Source: Octopus sinensis
Lineage: Eukaryota
Assembly: GCF_006345805.1 (NCBI RefSeq)
Contig: NC_043012.1
Coordinates: forward strand, 13,144,001 to 13,208,000
Direction: 5' to 3'
Length of the DNA stretch: 64,000 bases
The notes under the pieces were generated by a model. It was not told the DNA's origin. It saw only the letters and a program-made list of their open reading frames with translations, and ran no database searches. The position numbers and the translations under genes are program-made. Positions within the stretch are counted from its first letter, which is position 1; the number at the start of each line of letters is the position of its first letter. Of this stretch, positions 1 to 12,564 are shown piece by piece.

Positions 1-1604
1 CAAGAACACTCGTTTTTGCCGGCAGACTGGGTTGGAATTATATATAATGAAGATTCATAAATCGGTAACATATGCTTAGGATCATTAGTGCTACGCCCTA
101 ACGACCATGCACCTCATGTATTAAAGTTTATTAGAATTTAAACTCTAAGTATTAGGGTCGTTAAAATAAAATTCATAGTTGTGCTCAAAGAATAAGTGAG
201 GGAAATATAGTTTCACACGATCCAATAAACGTATTGGCTATACCTTTATGAATAGCACTAACAAATGTTAAGTTCACCATATACTTCATAGTCCATAAAC
301 AACTCATCACTACCTCTCTACAATTACTAATATATTTGTTATTCGAATTGTGTAGAATGCAAATGTGATACGCATATGGACGTGTAATTATCGTCACATC
401 ACGTTGGTTAATGAGAATTGATTTACACCTAATTAATTCATAAATTCTAGATAAGAACAAATCGCAATTAGCATTTCTACCCTTATAAGTTGTTTTCTTT
501 TGAACGATCAAGCAATTTCATATTCAACTTCTTTATCAGCAAGCATCCAAACGCATAAAGTTAATGAAATAAAATTAGGATTACGTCCTTCTATAAAGCT
601 ACATTTGCAGTTATACCTCCTAGGTTCCATATGGTTAGCTGCAGTATCTCCATATATATGGAGTATGCCAAGTGCTTGTACAGAAATTTTCTAGACACTC
701 TGGGCATATCTATAGTTGCAAAACTTATTCAATATAGTGAGGCTATCATGTGTAGTGGACATAGCTACTAGTATTTAGTGAGTCATCATTTTTATTATTT
801 GCTCAAGGTACATCTATACCACTTGGTAAATTGCTAGATGCACATGTACGGCTAGAAACTTTACGGGTTATATTGCCGTTTGAGAGACGCTTCAGGTTCG
901 TACGGTCAAATCTAGCTAAGTATTATGCAATGTTAGGTCTTGTGAAGTGAGGTAGCTTTAGTTTTTTGTCACTCAAATATCTTATTATATGGTTTGAATG
1001 CAAGAATGTACTTATTTAAAGCACGGAATAAAATGGCTGTAATATGGCTGCAATATTTAATCCGAACGGAGGATTAAACCAGATCATGCTTATCATATGT
1101 AATTGGCTATAACCTTTATGAATATCTCCTGACAGTATGAAAAATAGCCAGATAACTAATATTATCTTTCAGAACATCAATTCTACACTTTGTATTATCT
1201 CTTCCCGCTTGTATTTCGCTTTTGATACATCAACTCATAACAATTCCTTTTAATGCTTAATGTTATGCTTATCGCAGCAGTGAATTATTTCATTCTTGTC
1301 ATTAGTAGTAATGTTTTAGCCAGCAATAACGTGGAGATTAGGATTGCCGGTATTGATACTTGAAGGATAATTCTTGTTATTTGTATGTCGATTATATTTA
1401 TCAGTATCGTTACCCCTAAAATTACTGATAGTTTGTGTGCTAATTGTAGTATTGCAGTGATTTTCCTTATTATTGCAATATTACGATTCGTGTCGATTCC
1501 AGTCGTATTACTACAGTTATGACGTCTTATTCCATTTACATCATCATATTATAATTTTGCTTGTTCCCTCCTTAGCTCGTCCGTCCGTTACGCTCTTTCT
1601 ATAA

Positions 1605-1794
1605 TGTATAAGAGGAGGTACAGAGAAATAGTGAGAGAGAAAGAGTCAGGTTCATAGGGAGAGATAGAGAGAGAGACTGGTGATAGAAAGTGTTTGTGTG
1701 TATGTGTGTGTGTGTGAACGTGTGACAGTCCGTGTGTGTTTATAGATAGACACATATATCTATACATATCTATACATACATGTATAGATATGTG

Positions 1795-1859
<65 letters not shown>

Positions 1860-2305
1860 AAACACACATACAGAATGTCACACGTTCACACACACACTTT
1901 TTATCCCCACATTCTCTACCTTCCTCTCCCTCTCCCCCAGACGCTTTCTCTCCCACTACCACTCTGCCTCTCCTCTGTATCGAAAAGTTAAAGTAACATC
2001 GTAAAGTTACTGTGGTTATTTCTCTTTGATTTAACAATGTGTCCATATATTTATCTATCAACTTGTCTTCTGTGAAACGGATCACAAGTAGATAGGGAAA
2101 TACATCGGCACATTGTTAAATAAAAGAGAAATAACCACAGCAAAATTTCGATTTAACTTTTACTTTTCTATACAGAGAAGGGACAGAGAGGTAGTGAGAG
2201 AGAAAGAGTCAGAGGGAGAAGGAGAGGGAGAGAGAGAGTGTGTGGTGATAAAATGTGTGTGTGTGTGTGTGCAAGCGTGTGACATTCTGCGTGTGTTTAT
2301 AGACA
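1605..2305. repeat. Three copies of a ~150-200 bp GA/GT-rich unit in +/-/+ orientation (foldback)
   Basis: 1857-2042 is an imperfect inverted copy of 2110-2305 (tttaacaatgtg / cacattgttaaa; tttctctttgatt / aataaaagagaaa). 1605-1745 is a direct copy of ~2165-2305. An (ATCT)n tract lies at ~1796-1860. Confidence 0.7.
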
Positions 2306-2416
2306 GATAAAGAGAGAGAGATGGACAGAGAGATAAAGAGAGAGACACAGAGATAGATAGACAGACAGAGACAATTTCCAGATGACTGCCGCACCTATTG
2401 TAGTACAGATAAAGTT

Positions 2417-2863
2417 TTGACAGATGATCCTGTTGAAGCTGAGCGCTATCCACTTGAATATCTAAACCCTTTGGCACCATCAGGAATGCCACCTCGTAAA
2501 TTGAGTTTAAAACTTGGCTCGATAGTAATGCTTCTTCGTAACATTCCTATCCTGAATGGACTCTGCAGTGGTACAAGACTGGAAGTGATGACCATGCATG
2601 AACATTCAATCGAGACTTCCTTGATTAGCGGCTCATTAATTGGCAGATTAAAGCTGGCTACAAGCGACCCTAACTTGCCATTCATCTTGGTGGGTACCCA
2701 GCTTCCTATCCGTTTGTCATATGCCGTGAGTATTAACCAGTCACAGAGGCGGACATTTGAGAAGGTGGGATTGTCTTTACCTCAGCCAGTGTTCAGTCAC
2801 GGGCAGGTATATGTGGCAGACTCTAGAGCTCGCAAACATAATTATACACTTTATTTCTTTTAG
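2417..2863 (+). mobile_element. Helitron Rep/Hel remnant, C-terminal PIF1-like helicase
   Basis: ORF contains PSGMPPRKLSLKLGSIVMLLRN, GLCSGTRL, LSYAVSINQSQRRTFEKVGL and PVFSHGQVYVADSR, which are degenerate Helitron helicase motifs. Confidence 0.9.
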
Positions 2864-3245
2864 TTTAAAGGATAAAAGATGAATTCTTTAGACGTTAAGT
2901 TACATTGAAGCAGCTGCTAATATTTTCCAATCCACAAATTTACAAGCATCTTAACTACAATTATAAACAAGATGATTCCTGATCATTCGAAATATATAAG
3001 AGGTAACCCGTAAATTCACGATTTCGCTTGAAATAGCCAAACCTTTCTCTAACTTAGAAATATTTATTCACAAAACTTTCCTGTCAAATATTTAATAATA
3101 ACTTTGAGTATTATAATGATATCCTGCTTAAAAAAAGTATTGAAAACAAGACCCTAAATTTGGTGTAAATTCTGCGCACATGAAACATCTATACATCGCG
3201 CAACTCTTTCGTTCGACATTTCAAACCTAAAATTTTGTAAATGTA

Positions 3246-3311
<66 letters not shown>

Positions 3312-3344
3312 TATATATATGTGTATGTATGTATGTGTGTGTGT

Positions 3345-3555
3345 GTATATGTTTGTGTGTCTGTGTTTGTCCCCCCTCCTCAACATTGATGCTGATGTGT
3401 TTATGTTCCCGTAACTTAGCGGTTTGGCAAGAGAGACGAATAGAATAAGTACTAGGCTTACAAAGAATAAGTCCTGGGGTCGATTTGCTCGACTAAAGGC
3501 GGTGCTCCAGCATAGCCACAGTCACATGACTAAAACAAGGAAAAGAGTAAAGAGT
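3345..3555 (+). mobile_element. SINE 3' half (octopus-type)
   Basis: cccgtaacttagcggttt...gaataagtactaggcttacaaagaataagtcctggggtcgattt...ggcggtgctccagcat...aaaagagtaaagag, matching the 3' half of the SINE at 9523-9970. Confidence 0.85.
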
Positions 3556-3770
3556 ATATTATAAGATGTATAAACATATAGGTATGTATGTACGTATGTA
3601 TACATGATTATATATAAACATGCATATAAATATATACATTTAAACATAAATAGGAATATATAGTACTTTATTTCGGGATAGCCATCTCTTTCCAAAATAT
3701 CACAGCACTATATATTTTTTCTTCCTTCGTTTCTGACTGTTCATATTTCATTATTTTAACTCATGTCCAT

Positions 3771-3816
3771 TGTCCGGAAATCTTTCTTCACACATCTGTG
3801 ACCTCTTCAGCGACAC
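3771..3816 (-). ncRNA. Degenerate type I hammerhead-like motif
   Basis: Minus strand reads gtgtcg CTGAAGA gg-tcaca gatg tgtga-a GAAA gatt TC cggaca. Core is intact, but helix II closing pair and helix I are imperfect. Confidence 0.4.
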
Positions 3817-3899
3817 TCTCCATCCTCGTGTGTGCCCCAGCACCAGTTAGTTCAATTTGTTCAACATTGACTGAGGCATCTGTGGCTCTACGTGGATGG

Positions 3900-4900
3900 T
3901 GAACAGGTGTGGGCTCTATTCGTTACACTGGTGTTTCCCAGGTTTTCTAGTTTCGGTGAACTGGAACCGTGTATCATGCATAGACCAAGGTTGGAACATG
4001 GCAAACCGAGGCGGTCAGGCCATGGTGCTCCTCTCTCACACGGGTAATACCAGCAGTGGGGGTTCCACCTCGTTCTTTTATAGAAGGTTCGTAGAGGGCC
4101 AGTGCCACGACGTACTGGGGGAGATCCTGGGCCTCGACGATACTAAACACGCCGGCCTGTTCCGTAGGACATTTGGGCCGGGGCCTTTGGATGAATTCCA
4201 AAAGTCTCTGGCTTGGCAATGTTACCGAGGGACTTTACCAGTTCACGATAAACTCACAAGGCATGGTGCTTTTTGCCTGCTCCCACGTGCCCAAGATGCG
4301 AGCAGAATCACGAAACCCTTCTGCACGCGATTGTGCAGTCCCCAAGAATATCGAATCTGTGGGATTACGTTGAACAGCCTCTAGCATATCTAGGAGGAAT
4401 ACAACTGTCCTCCGAGTCAATGATTAAGATTGTTCCACCTTCCTCCTTTAACTGAGAAATGAAGGTATGTTTTCTCGCTATAGCGAAAGAGGTGATGTGC
4501 AACACACAGGTGGAAAGTCCCCAAGAATATCGAATCTGTGGGATTACGTTGAACAGCCTCTAGCATATCTAGGAGGAATACAACTGTCCTCCGAGTCAAT
4601 CATTAAGATTGTTCCACCTTCCTCCTTTAACTGAGAAATGAAGGTATGTTTTCTCGCTATAGCGAAAGAGGTGATGTGCAACACACAGGTGGAAAGAGTA
4701 GCGACAGGCATCGTCGTCTCCGGTCTCGCTCTGGTGAGCTATTTTCCATTTCATCCATCTCAAGAGGAAAATAAGACTGGAGAGGAGATTCCTGTCGCGT
4801 GAGATATATGAGAAAAGATGGAAGGACGCGGCGTGCAAGTTGAGGGTGAGTGATTCCACTTAAATGTAAACCGTAAAAGTAAAGGCATGGTTTCAGTGGC
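3900..4900 (+). mobile_element. Tx1/L1-clade LINE ORF2 3' end (zf-RVT zinc-finger region), frameshifted
   Basis: KSLAWQCYRGTLPVHDKLTRHG, then after a frameshift PTCPRCEQNHETLLHAIVQSPRISNLWDYVEQ, the C-terminal CCHC region of L1/Tx1 ORF2. Confidence 0.75.
4338..4695. repeat. 179-bp tandem duplication inside the LINE remnant
   Basis: 4338-4516 is repeated at 4517-4695. I saw one mismatch (gtcaatgatt vs gtcaatcatt). Confidence 0.95.
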
Positions 4901-5409
4901 GAACTGGGGCTTGCCGGATCGAAGCTGAACGCAGCTCCCACTCCATTGTGTTGTCTCTTTGAGTTATTCATTCGTTTTACATAAATTTTGATTGCTATAT
5001 TGTCATCTTAATATTTATTATCATCGCGTGACCCCTCAGTTTTATGCGTATCGTCATTCTCTACGTAGTCTCTGCTAGGCAATAAAGAATTAAATTCCAG
5101 TTAGCGCCTTCATAAGCCATTCGTATGCAAACTTAGAATTTCCATTTCTGTATTACTAATGAATATAGAAAATAAGATTACATATTGTAATCGAATGTTC
5201 CCGTCAGTTTTGGAAGCTACATTTATGTTACATTTTGTCAAATTACTTGAAACTGATTCATATGCAAGGTAATAGAAATACTTATAAATTCATTAAATTA
5301 TCACACTGACGTGATGAATAGCAGTAAAAATGTCTACCTTATTAATATTTTAGAGCTGAATTAAATATATATATATATATTAACATTATACATACGCACG
5401 CAATTGTTC

Positions 5410-5870
5410 AGTGTTCGGAGGTGTCAAATGTGTCGGTTTATGCCGAACAGCTGTTGTCAAGTACAGGAAGAGTACAGCTATCGACTGAATCAATAATAAA
5501 AATTGACCCACCGAATTTTCTATCGAAAGAAGGTAGAAAAATGATTTCTCATCGTAGTAGCAATTGCGAGAGAGGCGATTTGGAAGACGCGAGTGAATGG
5601 ATTAATAACAAGCATTTTCATCTCTGGCCCTGGCTTGGTGAATTTCTTCACCTTCCATCTTAAAAGAAAAATAGGGTTCGAAAGAAAATGCCTGTCCACG
5701 AAAACGTTTCAAGAGCGATGGAAGAATGCCGCACCAATGTTGCGTATGAATGGTACCGCATGATTACAACGCGAGACGAACCTAAATCATCAGGGGTGAG
5801 GCGGGACTCGTGTGGTCAGAGCATATCCCGCCTCCCCACTCCATTCTGTATTTTGTATAGGTTGTTTTGT
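5410..5870 (+). mobile_element. Second, more diverged Tx1/L1 LINE 3' remnant
   Basis: YAEQLLSSTGRVQLSTESIIKIDPPNF aligns with YVEQPLAYLGGIQLSSESMIKIVPPSSF of the 3900-4900 element. Confidence 0.65.
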
Positions 5871-6069
5871 GATCATTCGAACTATTAATATTTTTGTAAA
5901 ATTTTTAAAATTCATCTTTGTGTAAATTCATACATCAAATTTGACCACATATCAGATTGCATTGTCCCCTCTTTCTTTTCCTCTTACGGGAAATAAAAAA
6001 AAATTAGAGCTGCGTCGTCGAATGTAGTCCAACTGCTACGTTGAGCGTCTATGCTTTGCTAATCTCCTA

Positions 6070-6570
6070 TGCTCGTCGATTAAAACGAAGGGACAACATG
6101 CCTCATTAAAACTGTTTTCTTCTGAGGAAGACGGCGGCTGATACAGTTGCCATGCTTCTAACAATTTATGAGGACGCTGCCATGAGTAAAAGAAGTTTAC
6201 GAGTGGTATTTACGCTTTAGGAATGGTCACGTCTCGCTTGAAGATCAATTTCGTTTAGGGAGTCCGTCGATCTGCCGAAGGAATGACAACATCATGAAAA
6301 TTCAGTGAAATGATCTGGGAGGACCAGCACGGAACAATTGGCGAACTTGTTGATATGACTAATGTGTCCTAGACCTCCTGCCAACGATTCATGAGCGAAG
6401 AATTGCAAATGAAAAGAGTTGCAGAAACATTTGTGCCTCGCTTACTCATGGAAGGTCCAAAGCAGTGCCGATTGAATGCGTGTCGTGAACTGAAAGAATA
6501 GTTGGAAATTTGATCCGAAACTTTTTGAGAAGATCATCACTGGTGATGAAAGGTGGTGCTACGGAATTTG
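6070..6570 (+). mobile_element. Mariner transposase pseudogene fragment
   Basis: Hand translation across frameshifts gives CFLLRKTAADTVAMLLTIYEDAAMS, VYEWYLRFRNGHVSLEDQFRLGSPS, KRVAETFVPRLL (WVPHEL-like) and KIITGDERWCYG (first catalytic D). Confidence 0.9.
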
Positions 6571-6699
6571 AAGACGTGGGAGAAGTGAATAAAAAACGAC
6601 TGGTTAAAAGGTAGCACTATGCAAAAACTCTAGCACTGCTTCGAACAGTGTATTGGACTGCTGCATTGCTTCAAATGGAGAATACTTTGTTTTGTATCA

Positions 6700-6860
6700 T
6701 TGTATTGTTTATATAATATAAGGAAGCAGGGGACAATAAAGTATATATACAGTGCACTACTATTACCCGAGACTCAACTTTCTATATGGAAGGCTCACAA
6801 ATAATTGTTTACCATCCCGAAATCCCAACCGCTCACACTTCGTTACTTAACTTTATAATA
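6700..6860 (-). repeat. Possible diverged LTR of the Gypsy remnant (partner at ~8145-8285)
   Basis: tataatataaggaagcagggg...gtgcactactattac (6710-6770) resembles tataatataacaaagcagtgggg...atgcactactattac (8153-8210). A PBS-like TGGCG lies on the minus strand at ~8104-8108. Confidence 0.4.
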
Positions 6861-6959
6861 ATGAGTCCACCTTTTAGTCATTTGAGGATTGGTTGAAGTC
6901 CTTCCGCATCATCTCTTTTTTAGAATTAGTCCCTCCTACCTTCTTCCCTTTCGAAAATT

Positions 6960-7960
6960 GAACTCCGCTCTGAGTTTTAATATCTTTTAGGGTTCAATTC
7001 CAGCGCAAATCTCAGCACCCTATGATTTTATTATTCTTTTTCTTAACGAACACAGTTGGAGATACCCATTGAGACGATTTCACTCGCTGGTTTTTGCAGT
7101 TTATTATTTTTGACATACATAAATTTTCTTTGAGGCTCGTTCCTACTTTACGCGATTTTTTCCGTAGTACAGCTTTTTAGGTTCTGTCCTACAATGCGCC
7201 TTTTTATGGCCTATTTTACCACTCTGGAAGCATTTTATATTTTTAAGCGGACGATTCTTTAAATATGTAGGCCATGGGTTCGTTCTTGAGATTTTCTCTT
7301 TTATTTCTTATTTGTTACTCGTCGACATGTCTGAATTTGAGAGCAATCTTTCTCTTCACTTTTATTTGAATCATGTGGGAGATTAATAAACTTGTGACAT
7401 TCTTCTGCTTCTGCCTGCAGAGTTCAATTTTGATCCTGTTCTAATTTCGTTAATTTCCAGGAACGTATATCTGCATCTTTGCTTGCCGTAAGCAATTGAA
7501 CAAAAATTAATTACTTTAACATGTCCTCATTCTGTTTGAATTTCTCACACTCTCTGTTGACCACTATGGAATAAGTCACTAGATTTAATTAATTTTTTTG
7601 ACCAAATATAAACATTGCCAGCGAGTATTGAAAAGGAAACTTCTTTCACTGAAAATTTCTGATGAAATGTTAATTGTTTCTTCGAAGCAAATCTCACCTG
7701 GCACCTTTGGCAGTATATAATGACTATATATTTCGTGTTCGGGAGGGAATAACTTTCTTAAAAGTAGTCGAATTTTTTTATCAGCCCAACTTTTCAGATT
7801 TCTTCGTATCTACGAAAATATGCAGAAACGTTAACCCTTTCTTCTGGATTATATCTGAAATCTTCTAATGAGTTTGGTCTGTTGTCTGGCGAGTACGTGG
7901 TTGATATACATTTACACCGATGTATAAATTGAGAAAATAACACAATTGTATTTGTAGCTG
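6960..7960 (-). mobile_element. Ty3/Gypsy (Mag-like) LTR retrotransposon remnant: gag plus start of RT, internally deleted
   Basis: Minus strand gives LEDFRYNPEERVNVSAYFRRYEEI, WADKKIRLLLRKLFPPEHEIYSHYILPK and FLFNTRWQCL. A zinc knuckle CFQSGKIGHKKAHC (~7195-7236, second Cys mutated) is followed within ~110 bp by the RT motif SQWVSPTVFVKKKNNKI. Confidence 0.8.
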
Positions 7961-8287
7961 TCGTAGTTGCTGCTGCTATGGCTGCTGCTGCTGTTGTAAC
8001 TGCTGTTGTTGTAGTTACTCATAAAACTACACCGCAGAAGTCAATAAGTCTTCCATGTTAAAGCGATTTTTCGTTTGGTATTGTGCCAAAGACAAACGTC
8101 CAACGCCAGCTTCGATCAACTCATAACCGCTTTTATATCTTCGTATTAGATATATAATATAACAAAGCAGTGGGGGAAAGAAAATATATAGATGATGCAC
8201 TACTATTACGCCGGGAAGATGTCTTCATTTGTTCAGGATGTAAGAAACATTATGTTTATTCATCAAAAAACCACATCCGATAATATT

Positions 8288-8358
<71 letters not shown>

Positions 8359-9437
8359 TAATATTATAAAGAATATACATAAACATTAAAAAATGAGTTG
8401 GAATTTCTTTGAATAATAAATATATATATATATTTATATATATATATGAGGGGTGCTGAAAAGCTGCCGGCCTTGAGTAACAGAAAACACACGAGGATCA
8501 GGTTAGTATGATTTTATTCAACATATGTTATCAAGCAAAACAAGCATCTTATCTGTATGGAAAATATAAAATAGCTGCAAGTCTTATGCCACATATATTA
8601 CATTTACCTGGCTCTGAACTGGTTACATTCATGTTTCATTTCATCTACTATGCATCATTCTTATTACGTTGCAATTGTGTCACCTACTCTCATGACATCA
8701 CAGTTTGTATATAAATCATGCGTGCAAGAAACACGAATTCGTGTTTAGACACATAGAGATGGAATATTCTAAAACATTTCTCTGGATATATTTAGGTACA
8801 ATGAAATTTGAATGCACTGGAATGAAAAACACAAATATGCACACACATATACACACACACACACACACGAACACGCACATACATATATTTTTGCGTGTGT
8901 ATGTGTGTGTGCATGTATATGTATCTTTGTATGCATATACATATGTGTGTGTGTGTGTGCGTGCATGAGGACCTGAGCGTTAAATATGAATGCAAAGAAA
9001 AAATATGGAACGGAAAAAGAGAAAGCTAGAGTCAGATTTGAAGAAAAGGTTTAGCCTTGGGCTTAAACAGATGGGAGTAGTAACAATTCACGCGCTCGTA
9101 TTTCATTGGAAGTTGAACATTGGAGGATCACGCCTTCACATCCTGAATCCGCCCCCAAGACGAACGCATTACTACATAAGACTTCAAATATTGTCCGATT
9201 TTTTCCTCTCAGCCACATTTCTCCCTTTTCCATTCTGTCAATCCACCTTAGCTCGACTCAACAAATATTCGTTGATGTCTCTAATTTTCCAGTAATCCTA
9301 GATACTGATAACAGAATGAAATAAGCTTTTATCAGATGGGGCAACTATAAACTGATCTACAAAACATATAAAAATGCGGATATATAGAAACAAGCGGTTG
9401 CGTAGATGTATAGATACGTAACTGTATGTATTTATGC

Positions 9438-9481
<44 letters not shown>

Positions 9482-9485
9482 TATA

Positions 9486-9522
<37 letters not shown>

Positions 9523-9524
<2 letters not shown>

Positions 9525-9705
9525 AGCAGGAGTGGCTGTGTGGTAAGTAGCTTGCTAACCAACACATGGTTCCGGGTTCAGTCCCACTGCGTGGCACCTT
9601 GGGCAAGTGTCTTCTGCTATAGCCCGGCCCGACCAATGCCTTGGGAGTGGATTTGGAAGACGGAAACTGAAAGAAGCCTGTCGTATATATATATTATTAT
9701 ATATA

Positions 9706-9757
<52 letters not shown>

Positions 9758-9970
9758 TTGTGTGTGTGTGTGTCTGTGTTTGTTCCCCTAGCATTGCTTG
9801 ACAACCGATGCTGGTGTGTTTACGTCCCCGTCACTTAGCGGTTCGGCAAAAAAGATTCCGATAGAATAAGTACTGGGCTTACAAAGAATAAGTCCCGGGG
9901 TCGATTTGGTCGACTAATGGCGGTGCTCCAGCATGGCCGCAGTCAAATAACTGAAACAAGTAAAAGAGTA
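9523..9970 (+). mobile_element. Full-length tRNA-derived SINE with internal (TA)n(TG)n
   Basis: Head ggagtggctgtgtggtaagtagcttgc...ggttccgggttcagtcccactgcgtgg with A/B-box-like motifs, body ggcaccttgggcaagtgtcttc, 3' tail ...ctgaaacaagtaaaagag. Confidence 0.9.
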
Positions 9971-9980
9971 TATATATATA

Positions 9981-10021
<41 letters not shown>

Positions 10022-10227
10022 AAGTAGATAAATGAATTATCTTATTACGGATAATTCAAATGATAACCGATACCTGGGTAGCAAAAATCACAACAGAAAA
10101 AGCACGGTTGAAGTTACGACCATGGGGCATAAAATCCGTGCCTTAGTGCGGAAATTTGAAGTTTTGTATATTAAGTGTAGGAAGAAATGGAGCTGAACGA
10201 AGATTTAACAAAATTCCTTTTTATTAG

Positions 10228-10309
10228 TTTCTACATATATTTCGAAGGCTGCAAAGACCCTAATTCGGATTGAATAATGAGTCAATTTTGCAGCCTTCTC
10301 TTCAGGAAA
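10228..10309 (-). ncRNA. Type I hammerhead ribozyme, 12-bp helix II, GUA site
   Basis: Minus strand reads tttc CTGAAGA gaaggctgcaaa...tttgcagccttc GAAA tatatg TA gaaa. Helix I extends past an internal loop (ttcct/aggaa). Confidence 0.8.
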
Positions 10310-11319
10310 ATCCAGGAACTTAATTCTCCAACAAAATGCACAGCAAGCTTTTCGACAAACGTATGTATGTATGTATGTGTGTAAGTATTTGGAATTTACA
10401 GAAAAAAAAAACAAAAGTGAAGACGAAGACCGGTTCGTAAACAAGAAACGGATGTATTAGTTTAACGCTCGGGAAGTGAAGAAGTCTTTTATGTTTCGAG
10501 GCTACGCTCTTCAACAGGAAAGGAACACAGGAAGATGCACAGAGAAAAAAAAACACTGCTTAGTGTCGAGTGATCAATCATGGCTAAAGCCGGAAAGAGG
10601 TGGTCAGACAGGAAAACCAGGAAGAAGGGGAGATTGTAATCGGGCATGATTGAAAAACGGTAAGAAAAGCGAAAGAAAGGAGAGGAAGTAGAAAAAAAGG
10701 GGAGAGAGAAAGGCAAATAAAGACTCGAGGAGGAAAAATTCAAAAGGTGTAGGGGAGAAAAAATTCAAAAGGCGTGAGGAGAAAAATTTCAATGAATGAG
10801 AGAAGCGAAAATATAAACAAGGAAAGAAAGAAGGAAGAAAGAGAGAGGAAATGAGAAGAAAGGGAGGTAGAGAGGTGCAAATTAACAATGTGGGATATGT
10901 GTGTGTGTATATATATATATATATATACACACATTTAAATAATATTTAAAATAATATAAATTAATTAATTAATTTTATGTATTGGCTTATGTTTTTCATT
11001 GTTTCATTTGCCTAATAGTGGTTTTATCTCTAATTTAATATAATATAATATAATATATTTATATATAAAATTGGATTTAATCCTAAATCTGATTTTTCCC
11101 TGCAAGTCTGGATTTATTCCCTAATATTTTATTATATATATATATATATATATATGTACATATATATATTTAGAAATATGTATTTAAGCATGTGTATATC
11201 TATATGTTTCTGTATATGTACGAGGGAGAGACATTTGTATATATATACATGCACATACACTCACGTACATTTATTCATATATATAGGTATATATACATAT
11301 ATGTATATATATATATGTA

Positions 11320-11620
11320 GGTCCCGGGTTGAGTCGGGGTTAACCACAGTAAATAAGGTACTCAATACATTGCAGAGTAAAGTAATATATTTTATAGAAG
11401 GAGCTTCTACAGGACTATAACTGTTTCATTCAGATGAAATCTTCAGGAAGCTGGCTGTCAAAATAAGTTATGGTATTTATGTATTTAGGCAGATTTAATG
11501 GAGTGGTGGTGGGGGACGTTTTTTGGGTAGGTTGGTATTTAGGAGATAAACAGGGCACTAGCTATTGTTCTTAGGGATTGGTCAATTAAAAAATATAAAA
11601 AAAATAATATATATATATAT
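11320..11620 (-). mobile_element. ~300-bp HHR-bearing insertion in a (TA)n tract, absent from duplication copy 2
   Basis: Flanked by TA repeats. The matching position in copy 2 (~21310-21400) is only microsatellite. Confidence 0.7.
11402..11452 (-). ncRNA. Type I hammerhead ribozyme, monomer-type helix III, GUA site
   Basis: Minus strand reads agcttc CTGAAGA t-ttc atct gaa-t GAAA cag ttatagtc ctg TA gaagct. Helix I is 6 bp and helix III 4 bp with an 8-nt loop. Helix II is short with a U-U first pair. Confidence 0.7.
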
Positions 11621-11679
11621 GTATAATATATATTTGTGTGTATATATATATTTATACAATATATAAATATACACACAAT

Positions 11680-11946
11680 ATATCACGTGATCACGTGACT
11701 GACCAGGCGATCAGATGTTGCTACACATCGGTGATCACAATGCGTTCGGGTTGTTTTGGCCTTCGAATGACGCCACCCCGCTGGCTAAGCGAGCAAGCCA
11801 ACAGAAGAAAGATTGAGAGAAAGAGTGGTGAAAGAGTACAGCAGGGATCACCCCCACCCACCCCCTGCCGGAGCGTCGTGGAGCTTTTGGGTGTTTTCGC
11901 AAAATAAGCCGCGATCCGCTGCCCTAACCACTGGCCCATTGCGCCT

Positions 11947-11948
<2 letters not shown>
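11680..11948 (-). mobile_element. tRNA-derived SINE (second family), internally deleted
   Basis: Minus-strand head ggaggcgcaatgggccagtggttagggcagcgga, body gatccctgctgtactctttcaccac. Paralogs at 21412-21689 and 58905-59238. Confidence 0.85.
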
Positions 11949-11980
<32 letters not shown>

Positions 11981-11981
<1 letters not shown>

Positions 11982-12564
11982 CACATCGTGACGTATATTT
12001 GCCATCTCAATATGGCTACCCCTAAGGGTGGATGCTACTGTAGTTTTTAGCCCCAGGAGGACACACTCCTCCAGCTGGCCATAGACACACTTCTGTGTCC
12101 TGTCAGTATTTGCAAAGGGAAGTCATCCTTCCCGTCTTCAACTTATGATACACACGGACTCGAGTTTCGAGGTATTGACCTCTCGTCAGCGTGTGACAAT
12201 CATAGTTGTCGGCGAGAATTAGATTTCCTCACAAATACTTATACTTTTTCCAGCGTCCACTGTCGCTGATATTGAAAAGTGAAATCAAACAATGATAAAT
12301 ATCAAAGTGAGTTATATACAGTAGCGGTAACACATCGTGACGTATATTTGCCATCTCAATATGGCTACCCCTAAGGGTGGGCTACTGTAGTTTTTAGCCC
12401 CAGGAGGACACACTCCTCCAGCTGGCCATAGACACACTTTCTGTGTCGGACGCTGGAAAAAGTATAAGTATTTGTGAAGGAAATCTAATTCTCGCCGACA
12501 TGAGATGGCAAATATACGTCACGATGTGTTACCGCTACTGTATATACTCACTTTGATATTTATC

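Noticed and set aside
185-860. Possible decayed Penelope RT on the minus strand
   Set aside because: Only faint resemblance, with no catalytic motif readable.
8990-9295. 101-aa ORF kept open in both duplication copies
   Set aside because: The two visible amino-acid differences (L/M, P/T) give no sign of coding constraint, there is no recognisable domain, and retention is explained by the duplication.
9523-9600. tRNA genes at SINE heads
   Set aside because: A/B-box-like motifs without a complete cloverleaf, continuing into SINE bodies.
10485-10522. Second HHR-like motif on the minus strand (CTGTTGA a gagc gtag cctc GAAA cat)
   Set aside because: A6 is mutated and helices I, II and III are all defective, so at best a dead relic.
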